64,000 bases of DNA from NCBI RefSeq assembly GCF_009914755.1, contig NC_060936.1; one strand, 5' to 3'. This stretch comes from the human T2T-CHM13v2.0 reference genome, Homo sapiens. The translations under genes and the position numbers were made by a program. This document shows positions 53,501-64,000 of the stretch, one piece after another. The notes under the pieces are model-generated. The model did not search any database. It had not been told where the DNA came from and saw nothing but the letters and a program-made list of their open reading frames with translations. The first letter of the stretch is position 1. Each line of letters opens with the position of its first letter.

Positions 53501-56500
53501 GTTCACCTCTGTGAGTTGAGTAGAGGCAACACAAAGAACTTACTCAGTATTCTTCTTTCTAGCGTTCTATGAAGAAATCACGTTTCCAACGAAGGCCCCA
53601 ATGAGGTCCAAATATCTGCTTGCAGACTTTACAGACAGAGTGTTTCCAAACTACTCTATGAAAAGAAAGCTTAAACTTCTTGAGTTGAACGCACACATCA
53701 CAAAGTAGTTTCTGAGAATGATTCTGTCTAGTTTTTATACGAAGATGTTTCCTTTTCTACATTTGGTCTCAAAGCGATTGAAATCTCCAACTGGAAACTG
53801 CACAAATAGGGTGTTTCAAATCTGCTCTGTCTAAAGGAAGGTTCAACTCTTTGAGTTGAATACACACACCACAAATAAGTTACTGAGAATTCTTCTGTCG
53901 AACATTACTTGAAGAAATCCCGTTTCCAACGAAAGCCTCAAAGAGGTCCAAATATCGACTTGCAGACATTACAAACAGAGTGTTTCCAAACTGCTCCATC
54001 AAAAGAAAGGTTAAACTCTGTGAGCTGAACACACACATCAAAAAGAAGTTTCTGTGAATGATTCTGTCTAGATTTTATAAGAAGATGTTTCCTTTTCTAC
54101 CGTAGGCCTCAAAGTGCTTGAAATCTCCAGCTGCAAATTCCACAAAAAGGGTGTTTAACATCTGCTCTTCTAAAGGAAAGTTCAACTCAATGAGTTGAAT
54201 ACACACAGCCCAAAGAAGTTACTGAGACTTCTCCTATCAAACATTATATGAAGAAATCCCGTTTCCAACGAAGGCCTCAAAGAGGTCCAAATATCTGCTT
54301 GCAGACTTTACAAAGACAGTGTCTCCAAACTCCTCCATCAAAAGAAAGGTTATACTCTGTGAATTGAACGCACACATCACAAAGTAGTTTCTGAGAATGA
54401 TTCTGTCTCGTTTTTATACGAAGATATTTCCTTTTCTACATTTGGCCTAAAAGCGCTTGAAGTCTCCACCTGCAAATATCACAAAAAGAGGGTTTCACAT
54501 CTGCTCTGTCTAAAGGACAGTTCACCTTTGTGAGTTGAATAGAGGCAACACAAAGAACTTACTCAGTATTCTTCTTTCTAGCGTTCTATGAAGAAATCCC
54601 GTTTCCAACGAAGGCCCCAAAGAGGTCCAAATATCTGCTTGCAGACTTTACAGACAGAGTGTTTCCAAACTACTCTATGAAAAGAAAGCTTAAACTCCTT
54701 GAGTTGAACGCACACATCACAAAGTAGTTTCTGAGAATGATTCTGTCTAGTTTTTATACGAAGATGTTTCCTTTTCTACATTTGGTCTCAAAGCGATTGA
54801 AATCTCCAACTGGAAACTGCACAAATAGGGTGTTTCAAATCTGCTCTGTCTAAAGGAAGGTTCAACTCTGTGAGTTGAATACACACACCACAAATAAGTT
54901 ACTGAGAATTCTTCTGTCGAACATTACTTGAAGAAATCTCGTTTCCAACGAAGGCCTCAAAGAGGTCCAAATATCCACTTGCAGACATTACAAACAGAGT
55001 GTTTCCAAACTGCTCCATCAAAAGAAAGGTTAAACTCTGTGAGCGGAACACACACATCAAAAAGAAGTTTCTGTGAATGATTCTGTCAAGATTTTATAAG
55101 ATGTTTCCATTTCTACCGTAGGACTCAAAGCGCTTGAAATCTCCAGCTGCAAATTCCACAAAAAGGGTGTTTAACATCTGCTCTTCTAAAGGAAAGTTCA
55201 ACTCTATGAGTTGAATACACACAGCACAAAGAAGTTACTGAGACTTCTCCTATCAAACATTATATGAAGAAATCCCGTTTCCAACGAAGGCCTCAAAGAG
55301 GTCCAAATATCTGCTTGCAGACTTTAAAGACAGAGTTTTTCCAAACTGCTCCATCAAAAGAAAGGTTAAACTCCTTGAGTTGAACACACACATCACAAAG
55401 TAGTTTCTGTGAATGATTCTGTCTAGTTTTTATACGAAGATGTTTCCTTTTCTACCTTTGGTCTCAAAGCGATTAAAATCTCCACATGGAAACTCCACAA
55501 AAAGAGTGTTTCAAATCTGCTCTTTCTGAAGGAAGGTTCAACTCTGTGAGTTGAATACACACACCACAAATAAGTTACTGAGAATTCTTCTCTGTAACAT
55601 TATATGAGGAAATCCCGTTTCCAACGAAGGCCTCAAAGAGGTCCAAATATCCACTTGCAGACTTTACAAAGACAGTGTCTCCAAACTCCTCCATCAAAAG
55701 AAAGGTTATACTCTGTGAATTGAACGCACACATCACAAAGTAGTTTCTGAGAATGATTCTGTCTAGTTTTTATACGAAGATATTTCCTTTTCTACATTTG
55801 GCCTAAAAGCGCTTGAAATCTCCACCTGCAAATATCACAAAAAGAGGGTTTCACATCTGCTCTGTCTAAAGGACAGTTCACCTCTGTGAGTTGAGTAGAG
55901 GCAACACAAAGAACTTACTCAGTATTCTTCTTTCTAGCGTTCTATGAAGAAATCACGTTTCCAACGAAGGCCCCAATGAGGTCCAAATATCTGCTTGCAG
56001 ACTTTACAGACAGAGTGTTTCCAAACTACTCTATGAAAAGAAAGCTTAAACTTCTTGAGTTGAACGCACACATCACAAAGTAGTTTCTGAGAATGATTCT
56101 GTCTAGTTTTTATACGAAGATGTTTCCTTTTCTACATTTGGTCTCAAAGCGATTGAAATCTCCAACTGGAAACTGCACAAATAGGGTGTTTCAAATCTGC
56201 TCTGTCTAAAGGAAGGTTCAACTCTTTGAGTTGAATACACACACCACAAATAAGTTACTGAGAATTCTTCTGTCGAACATTACTTGAAGAAATCCCGTTT
56301 CCAACGAAAGCCTCAAAGAGGTCCAAATATCGACTTGCAGACATTACAAACAGAGTGTTTCCAAACTGCTCCATCAAAAGAAAGGTTAAACTCTGTGAGC
56401 TGAACACACACATCAAAAAGAAGTTTCTGTGAATGATTCTGTCTAGATTTTATAAGAAGATGTTTCCTTTTCTACCGTAGGCCTCAAAGTGCTTGAAATC

Positions 56501-59500
56501 TCCAGCTGCAAATTCCACAAAAAGGGTGTTTAACATCTGCTCTTCTAAAGGAAAGTTCAACTCAATGAGTTGAATACACACAGCCCAAAGAAGTTACTGA
56601 GACTTCTCCTATCAAACATTATATGAAGAAATCCCGTTTCCAACGAAGGCCTCAAAGAGGTCCAAATATCTGCTTGCAGACTTTACAAAGACAGTGTCTC
56701 CAAACTCCTCCATCAAAAGAAAGGTTATACTCTGTGAATTGAACGCACACATCACAAAGTAGTTTCTGAGAATGATTCTGTCTCGTTTTTATACGAAGAT
56801 ATTTCCTTTTCTACATTTGGCCTAAAAGCGCTTGAAGTCTCCACCTGCAAATATCACAAAAAGAGGGTTTCACATCTGCTCTGTCTAAAGGACAGTTCAC
56901 CTTTGTGAGTTGAATAGAGGCAACACAAAGAACTTACTCAGTATTCTTCTTTCTAGCGTTCTATGAAGAAATCCCGTTTCCAACGAAGGCCCCAAAGAGG
57001 TCCAAATATCTGCTTGCAGACTTTACAGACAGAGTGTTTCCAAACTACTCTATGAAAAGAAAGCTTAAACTCCTTGAGTTGAACGCACACATCACAAAGT
57101 AGTTTCTGAGAATGATTCTGTCTAGTTTTTATACGAAGATGTTTCCTTTTCTACATTTGGTCTCAAAGCGATTGAAATCTCCAACTGGAAACTGCACAAA
57201 TAGGGTGTTTCAAATCTGCTCTGTCTAAAGGAAGGTTCAACTCTGTGAGTTGAATACACACACCACAAATAAGTTACTGAGAATTCTTCTGTCGAACATT
57301 ACTTGAAGAAATCTCGTTTCCAACGAAGGCCTCAAAGAGGTCCAAATATCCACTTGCAGACATTACAAACAGAGTGTTTCCAAACTGCTCCATCAAAAGA
57401 AAGGTTAAACTCTGTGAGCTGAACACACACATCAAAAAGAAGTTTCTGTGAATGATTCTGTCTAGATTTTATAAGAAGATATTTCCTTTTCTACCGTAGG
57501 CCACAAAGCGCTTGAAATCTCCAGCTGCAAATTCCACAAAAAGGGTGTTTAACATCTGCTCTTCTAAAGGAAAGTTCAACTCTATGAGTTGAATACACAC
57601 AGCACAAAGAAGTTACTGAGACTTCTCCTATCAAACATTATATGAAGAAATCCCGTTTCCAACGAAGGCCTCAAAGAGGTCCAAATATCTGCTTGCAGAC
57701 TTTAAAGACAGAGTTTTTCCAAACTGCTCCATCAAAAGAAAGGTTAAACTCCTTGAGTTGAACACACACATCACAAAGTAGTTTCTGTGAATGATTCTGT
57801 CTAGTTTTTATACGAAGATGTTTCCTTTTCTACCTTTGGTCTCAAAGCGATTGAAATCTCCACATGGAAACTCCACAAAAAGAGTGTTTCAAATCTGCTC
57901 TTTCTGAAGGAAGGTTCAACTCTGTGAGTTGAATACACACACCACAAATAAGTTACTGAGAATTCTTCTGTGTAACATTATATGAGGAAATCCCGTTTCC
58001 AACGAAGGCCTCAAAGAGGTCCAAATATCCACTTGCAGACTTTACAAAGACAGTGTCTCCAAACTCCTCCATCAAAAGAAAGGTTATACTCTGTGAATTG
58101 AACGCACACATCACAAAGTAGTTTCTGAGAATGATTCTGTCTAGTTTTTATACGAAGATATTTCCTTTTCTACATTTGGCCTAAAAGCGCTTGAAATCTC
58201 CACCTGCAAATATCACAAAAAGAGGGTTTCACATCTGCTCTGTCTAAAGGAAAGTTCACCTCTGTGAGTTGAGTAGAGGCAACACAAAGAACTTACTCAG
58301 TATTCTTCTTTCTAGCGTTCTATGAAGAAATCACGTTTCCAACGAAGGCCCCAATGAGGTCCAAATATCTGCTTGCAGACTTTACAGACAGAGTGTTTCC
58401 AAACTACTCTATGAAAAGAAAGCTTAAACTTCTTGAGTTGAACGCACACATCACAAAGTAGTTTCTGAGAATGATTCTGTCTAGTTTTTATACGAAGATG
58501 TTTCCTTTTCTACATTTGGTCCCAAAGCGATTGAAATCTCCAACTGGAAACTGCACAAATAGGGTGTTTCAAATCTGCTCTGTCTAAAGGAAGGTTCAAC
58601 TCTTTGAGTTGAATACACACACCACAAATAAGTTACTGAGAATTCTTCTGTCGAACATTACTTGAAGAAATCCCGTTTCCAACGAAGGCCTCAAAGAGGT
58701 CCAAATATCGACTTGCAGACATTACAAACAGAGTGTTTCCAAACTGCTCCATCAAAAGAAAGGTTAAACTCTGTGAGCTGAACACACACATCAAAAAGAA
58801 GTTTCTGTGAATGATTCTGTCTAGATTTTATAAGAAGATGTTTCCTTTTCTACCGTAGGCCTCAAAGTGCTTGAAATCTCCAGCTGCAAATTCCACAAAA
58901 AGGGTGTTTAACATCTGCTCTTCTAAAGGAAAGTTCAACTCAATGAGTTGAATACACACAGCCCAAAGAAGTTACTGAGACTTCTCCTATCAAACATTAT
59001 ATGAAGAAATCCCGTTTCCAACGAAGGCCTCAAAGAGGTCCAAATATCTGCTTGCAGACTTTACAAAGACAGTGTCTCCAAACTCCTCCATCAAAAGAAA
59101 GGTTATACTCTGTGAATTGAACGCACACATCACAAAGTAGTTTCTGAGAATGATTCTGTCTAGTTTTTATACGAAGATATTTCCTTTTCTACATTTGGCC
59201 TAAAAGCGCTTGAAGTCTCCACCTGCAAATATCACAAAAAGAGGGTTTCACATCTGCTCTGTCTAAAGGACAGTTCACCTCTGTGAGTTGAGTAGAGGCA
59301 ACACAAAGAACTTACTCAGTATTCTTCTTTCTAGCGTTCTATGAAGAAATCACGTTTCCAACGAAGGCCCCAATGAGGTCCAAATATCTGCTTGCAGACT
59401 TTACAAACAGAGTGTTTCCAAACTACTCTATGAAAAGAAAGCTTAAACTTCTTGAGTTGAACGCACACATCACAAAGTAGTTTCTGAGAATGATTCTGTC

Positions 59501-62500
59501 TAGTTTTTATACGAAGATGTTTCCTTTTCTACATTTGGTCTCAAAGCGATTGAAATCTCCAACTGGAAACTGCACAAATAGGGTGTTTCAAATCTGCTCT
59601 GTCTAAAGGAAGGTTCAACTCTTTGAGTTGAATACACACACCACAAATAAGTTACTGAGAATTCTTCTGTCGAACATTACTTGAAGAAATCCCGTTTCCA
59701 ACGAAGGCCTCAAAGAGGTCCAAATATCGACTTGCAGACATTACAAACAGAGTGTTTCCAAACTGCTCCATCAAAAGAAAGGTTAAACTCTGTGAGCTGA
59801 ACACACACATCAAAAAGAAGTTTCTGTGAATGATTCTGTCTAGATTTTATAAGAAGATGTTTCCTTTTCTACCGTAGGCCTCAAAGTGCTTGAAATCTCC
59901 AGCTGCAAATTCCACAAAAAGGGTGTTTAACATCTGCTCTTCTAAAGGAAAGTTCAACTCAATGTGTTGAATACACACAGCCCAAAGAAGTTACTGAGAC
60001 TTCTCCTATCAAACATTATATGAAGAAATCCCGTTTCCAACGAAGGCCTCAAAGAGGTCCAAATATCTGCTTGCAGACTTTACAAAGACAGTGTCTCCAA
60101 ACTCCTCCATCAAAAGAAAGGTTATACTCTGTGAATTGAACGCACACATCACAAAGTAGTTTCTGAGAATGATTCTGTCTAGTTTTTATACGAAGATATT
60201 TCCTTTTCTACATTTGGCCTAAAAGCGCTTCAAGTCTCCACCTGCAAATATCACAAAAAGAGGGTTTCACATCTGCTCTGTCTAAAGGACAGTTCACCTT
60301 TGTGAGTTGAATAGAGGCAACACAAAGAACTTACTCAGTATTCTTCTTTCTAACGTTCTATGAAGAAATCCCGTTTCCAACGAAGGCCCCAAAGAGGTCC
60401 AAATATCTGCTTGCAGACTTTACAGACAGAGTGTTTCCAAACTACTCTATGAAAAGAAAGCTTAAACTCCTTGAGTTGAACGCACACATCACAAAGTAGT
60501 TTCTGAGAATGATTCTGTCTAGTTTTTATACGAAGATGTTTCCTTTTCTACATTTGGTCTCAAAGCGATTGAAATCTCCAACTGGAAACTGCACAAATAG
60601 GGTGTTTCAAATCTGCTCTGTCTAAAGGAAGGTTCAACTCTGTGAGTTGAATACACACACCACAAATAAGTTACTGAGAATTCTTCTGTCGAACATTACT
60701 TGAAGAAATCCCGTTTCCAACGAAGGCCTCAAAGAGGTCCAAATATCCACTTGCAGACATTACAAACAGAGTGTTTCCAAACTGCTCCATCAAAAGAAAG
60801 GTTAAACTCTGTGAGCTGAACACACACATCAAAAAGAAGTTTCTGTGAATGATTCTGTCTAGATTTTATAAGAAGATATTTCCTTTTCTACGGTAGGCCA
60901 CAAAGCGCTTGAAATCTCCAGCTGCAAATTCCACAAAAAGGGTGTTTAACATCTGCTCTTCTAAAGGAAAGTTCAACTCTATGCGTTGAATACACACAGC
61001 ACAAAGAAGTTACTGAGACTTCTCCTATCAAACATTATATGAAGAAATCCCGTTTCCAACGAAGGCCTCAAAGAGGTCCAAATATCTGCTTGCAGACTTT
61101 AAAGACAGAGTTTTTCCAAACTGCTCCATCAAAAGAAAGGTTAAACTCCTTGAGTTGAACACACACATCACAAAGTAGTTTCTGTGAATGATTCTGTCTA
61201 GTTTTTATACGAAGATGTTTCCTTTTCTACCTTTGGTCTCAAAGCGATTGAAATCTCCACATGGAAACTCCACAAAAAGAGTGTTTCAAATCTGCTCTTT
61301 CTGAAGGAAGGTTCAACTCTGTGAGTTGAATACACACACCACAAATAAGTTACTGAGAATTCTTCTGTGTAACATTATATGAGGAAATCCCGTTTCCAAC
61401 GAAGGCCTCAAAGAGGTCCAAATATCCACTTGCAGACTTTACAAAGACAGTGTCTCCAAACTCCTCCATCAAAAGAAAGGTTATACTCTGTGAATTGAAC
61501 GCACACATCACAAAGTAGTTTCTGAGAATGATTCTGTCTAGTTTTTATACGAAGATATTTCCTTTTCTACATTTGGCCTAAAAGCGCTTGAAATCTCCAC
61601 CTGCAAATATCACAAAAAGAGGGTTTCACATCTGCTCTGTCTAAAGGACAGTTCACCTCTGTGAGTTGAGTAGAGGCAACACAAAGAACTTACTCAGTAT
61701 TCTTCTTTCTAGCGTTCTATGAAGAAATCACGTTTCCAACGAAGGCCCCAATGAGGTCCAAATATCTGCTTGCAGACTTTACAGACAGAGTGTTTCCAAA
61801 CTACTCTATGAAAAGAAAGCTTAAACTTCTTGAGTTGAACGCACACATCACAAAGTAGTTTCTGAGAATGATTCTGTCTAGTTTTTATACGAAGATGTTT
61901 CCTTTTCTACATTTGGTCTCAAAGCGATTGAAATCTCCAACTGGAAACTGCACAAATAGGGTGTTTCAAATCTGCTCTGTCTAAAGGAAGGTTCAACTCT
62001 TTGAGTTGAATACACACACCACAAATAAGTTACTGAGAATTCTTCTGTCGAACATTACTTGAAGAAATCCCGTTTCCAACGAAGGCCTCAAAGAGGTCCA
62101 AATATCCACTTGCAGACATTACAAACAGAGTGTTTCCAAACTGCTCCATCAAAAGAAAGGTTAAACTCTGTGAGCTGAACACACACATCAAAAAGAAGTT
62201 TCTGTGAATGATTCTGTCTAGATTTTATAAGAAGATGTTTCCTTTTCTACCGTAGGCCTCAAAGTGCTTGAAATCTCCAGCTGCAAATTCCACAAAAAGG
62301 GTGTTTAACATCTGCTCTTCTAAAGGAAAGTTCAACTCAATGAGTTGAATACACACAGCCCAAAGAAGTTACTGAGACTTCTCCTATCAAACATTATATG
62401 AAGAAATCCCGTTTCCAACGAAGGCCTCAAAGAGGTCCAAATATCTGCTTGCAGACTTTACAAAGAGAGTGTCTCCAAACTCCTCCATCAAAAGAAAGGT

Positions 62501-64000
62501 TATACTCTGTGAATTGAACGCACACATCACAAAGTAGTTTCTGAGAATGATTCTGTCTAGTTTTTATACGAAGATATTTCCTTTTCTACATTTGGCCTAA
62601 AAGCGCTTGAAGTCTCCACCTGCAAATATCACAAAAAGAGGGTTTCACATCTGCTCTGTCTAAAGGACAGTTCACCTTTGTGAGTTGAATAGAGGCAACA
62701 CAAAGAACTTACTCAGTATTCTTCTTTCTAGCGTTCTATGAAGAAATCCCGTTTCCAACGAAGGCCCCAAAGAGGTCCAAATATCTGCTTGCAGACTTTA
62801 CAGACAGAGTGTTTCCAAACTACTCTATGAAAAGAAAGCTTAAACTCCTTGAGTTGAACGCACACATCACAAAGTAGTTTCTGAGAATGATTCTGTCTAG
62901 TTTTTATACGAAGATGTTTCCTTTTCTACATTTGGTCTCAAAGCGATTGAAATCTCCAACTGGAAACTGCACAAATAGGGTGTTTCAAATCTGCTCTGTC
63001 TAAAGGAAGGTTCAACTCTGTGAGTTGAATACACACACCACAAATAAGTTACTGAGAATTCTTCTGTCGAACATTACTTGAAGAAATCCCGTTTCCAACG
63101 AAGGCCTCAAAGAGGTCCAAATATCCACTTGCAGACATTACAAACAGAGTGTTTCCAAACTGCTCCATCAAAAGAAAGGTTAAACTCTGTGAGCTGAACA
63201 CACACATCAAAAAGAAGTTTCTGTGAATGATTCTGTCTAGATTTTATAAGAAGATATTTCCTTTTCTACCGTAGGCCACAAAGCGCTTGAAATCTCCAGC
63301 TGCAAATTCCACAAAAAGGGTGTTTAACATCTGCTCTTCTAAAGGAAAGTTCAACTCTATGCGTTGAATACACACAGCACAAAGAAGTTACTGAGACTTC
63401 TCCTATCAAACATTATATGAAGAAATCCCGTTTCCAACGAAGGCCTCAAAGAGGTCCAAATATCTGCTTGCAGACTTTAAAGACAGAGTTTTTCCAAACT
63501 GCTCCATCAAAAGAAAGGTTAAACTCCTTGAGTTGAACACACACATCACAAAGTAGTTTCTGTGAATGATTCTGTCTAGTTTTTATACGAAGATGTTTCC
63601 TTTTCTACCTTTGGTCTCAAAGCGATTGAAATCTCCACATGGAAACTCCACAAAAAGAGTGTTTCAAATCTGCTCTTTCTGAAGGAAGGTTCAACTCTGT
63701 GAGTTGAATACACACACCACAAATAAGTTACTGAGAATTCTTCTGTGTAACATTATATGAGGAAATCCCGTTTCCAACGAAGGCCTCAAAGAGGTCCAAA
63801 TATCCACTTGCAGACTTTACAAAGACAGTGTCTCCAAACTCCTCCATCAAAAGAAAGGTTATACTCTGTGAATTGAACGCACACATCACAAAGTAGTTTC
63901 TGAGAATGATTCTGTCTAGTTTTTATACGAAGATATTTCCTTTTCTACATTTGGCCTAAAAGCGCTTGAAATCTCCACCTGCAAATATCACAAAAAGAGG
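47531..64000 (-). repeat. 14-mer super-HOR block: alternating 8-mer and ABD 6-mer (2375-2378 bp period)
   Basis: Starts 47531(8), 48887(6), 49906(8), 51262(6), 52281(8), 53637(6), 54656(8), 56012(6), 57031(8), 58390(6), 59409(6), 60428(8), 61787(6), 62806(8, partial). Confidence 0.94.

Larger units (their letters stand above)
1..64000 (-). repeat. Centromeric alpha-satellite HOR array, dimeric (SF1-type), probably human chr12 D12Z3 (S1C12H1L)
   Basis: Continuous tandem ~170-bp monomers with ~340-bp dimer periodicity. The reverse-complement CENP-B box TCCCGTTTCCAACGAAG recurs at 281, ~620, ~960, ~1300 and onward to the end. HOR copies are nearly identical. Alpha satellite is certain. The chr12 assignment rests on the 8-mer/1.36-kb unit with single HindIII and PvuII sites (recalled knowledge, ~0.75); chr10 D10Z1 is the main alternative. 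Confidence 0.99.

Noticed and set aside
1-64000. CRISPR-like reading of the regularly spaced conserved 17-mer
   Set aside because: The intervening sequences are themselves repeats rather than unique spacers, there are no cas genes, and the motif is the CENP-B box.
1-64000. Transposon insertion or inversion
   Set aside because: All HOR lengths sum without gaps, no Alu, L1 or poly-A sequence was seen, and every CENP-B box has the same orientation.
1-64000. Claim that this window is the kinetochore-forming (CENP-A / hypomethylated) domain
   Set aside because: This is epigenetic and cannot be determined from sequence alone.

Overview
The whole 64 kb window is one uninterrupted, single-orientation array of primate (most likely human) centromeric alpha-satellite DNA. 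It is built from ~170-bp monomers arranged as ~340-bp dimers (suprachromosomal family 1 type), with a CENP-B box once per dimer. The basic higher-order repeat (HOR) is an 8-mer of ~1359 bp made of four dimers, called A-B-C-D here. Each 8-mer has one HindIII site (in A) and one PvuII site (in B), which best fits the chromosome 12 live array D12Z3 (inference, needs alignment). By eye I count 51 HOR starts: 35 complete 8-mers, 12 ABD 6-mers (1019 bp), 3 ACD 6-mers (1018 bp) and one terminal partial unit. I found no genes, transposon insertions or inversions, and no new gene system. The interest lies in array evolution: a ~16.5 kb block of a young 8+6 = 14-mer super-HOR carrying amplified CENP-B box mutations, a 16-mer periodic block, and several recombination junctions that can be mapped to 15-65 bp. 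All positions and counts were read manually.
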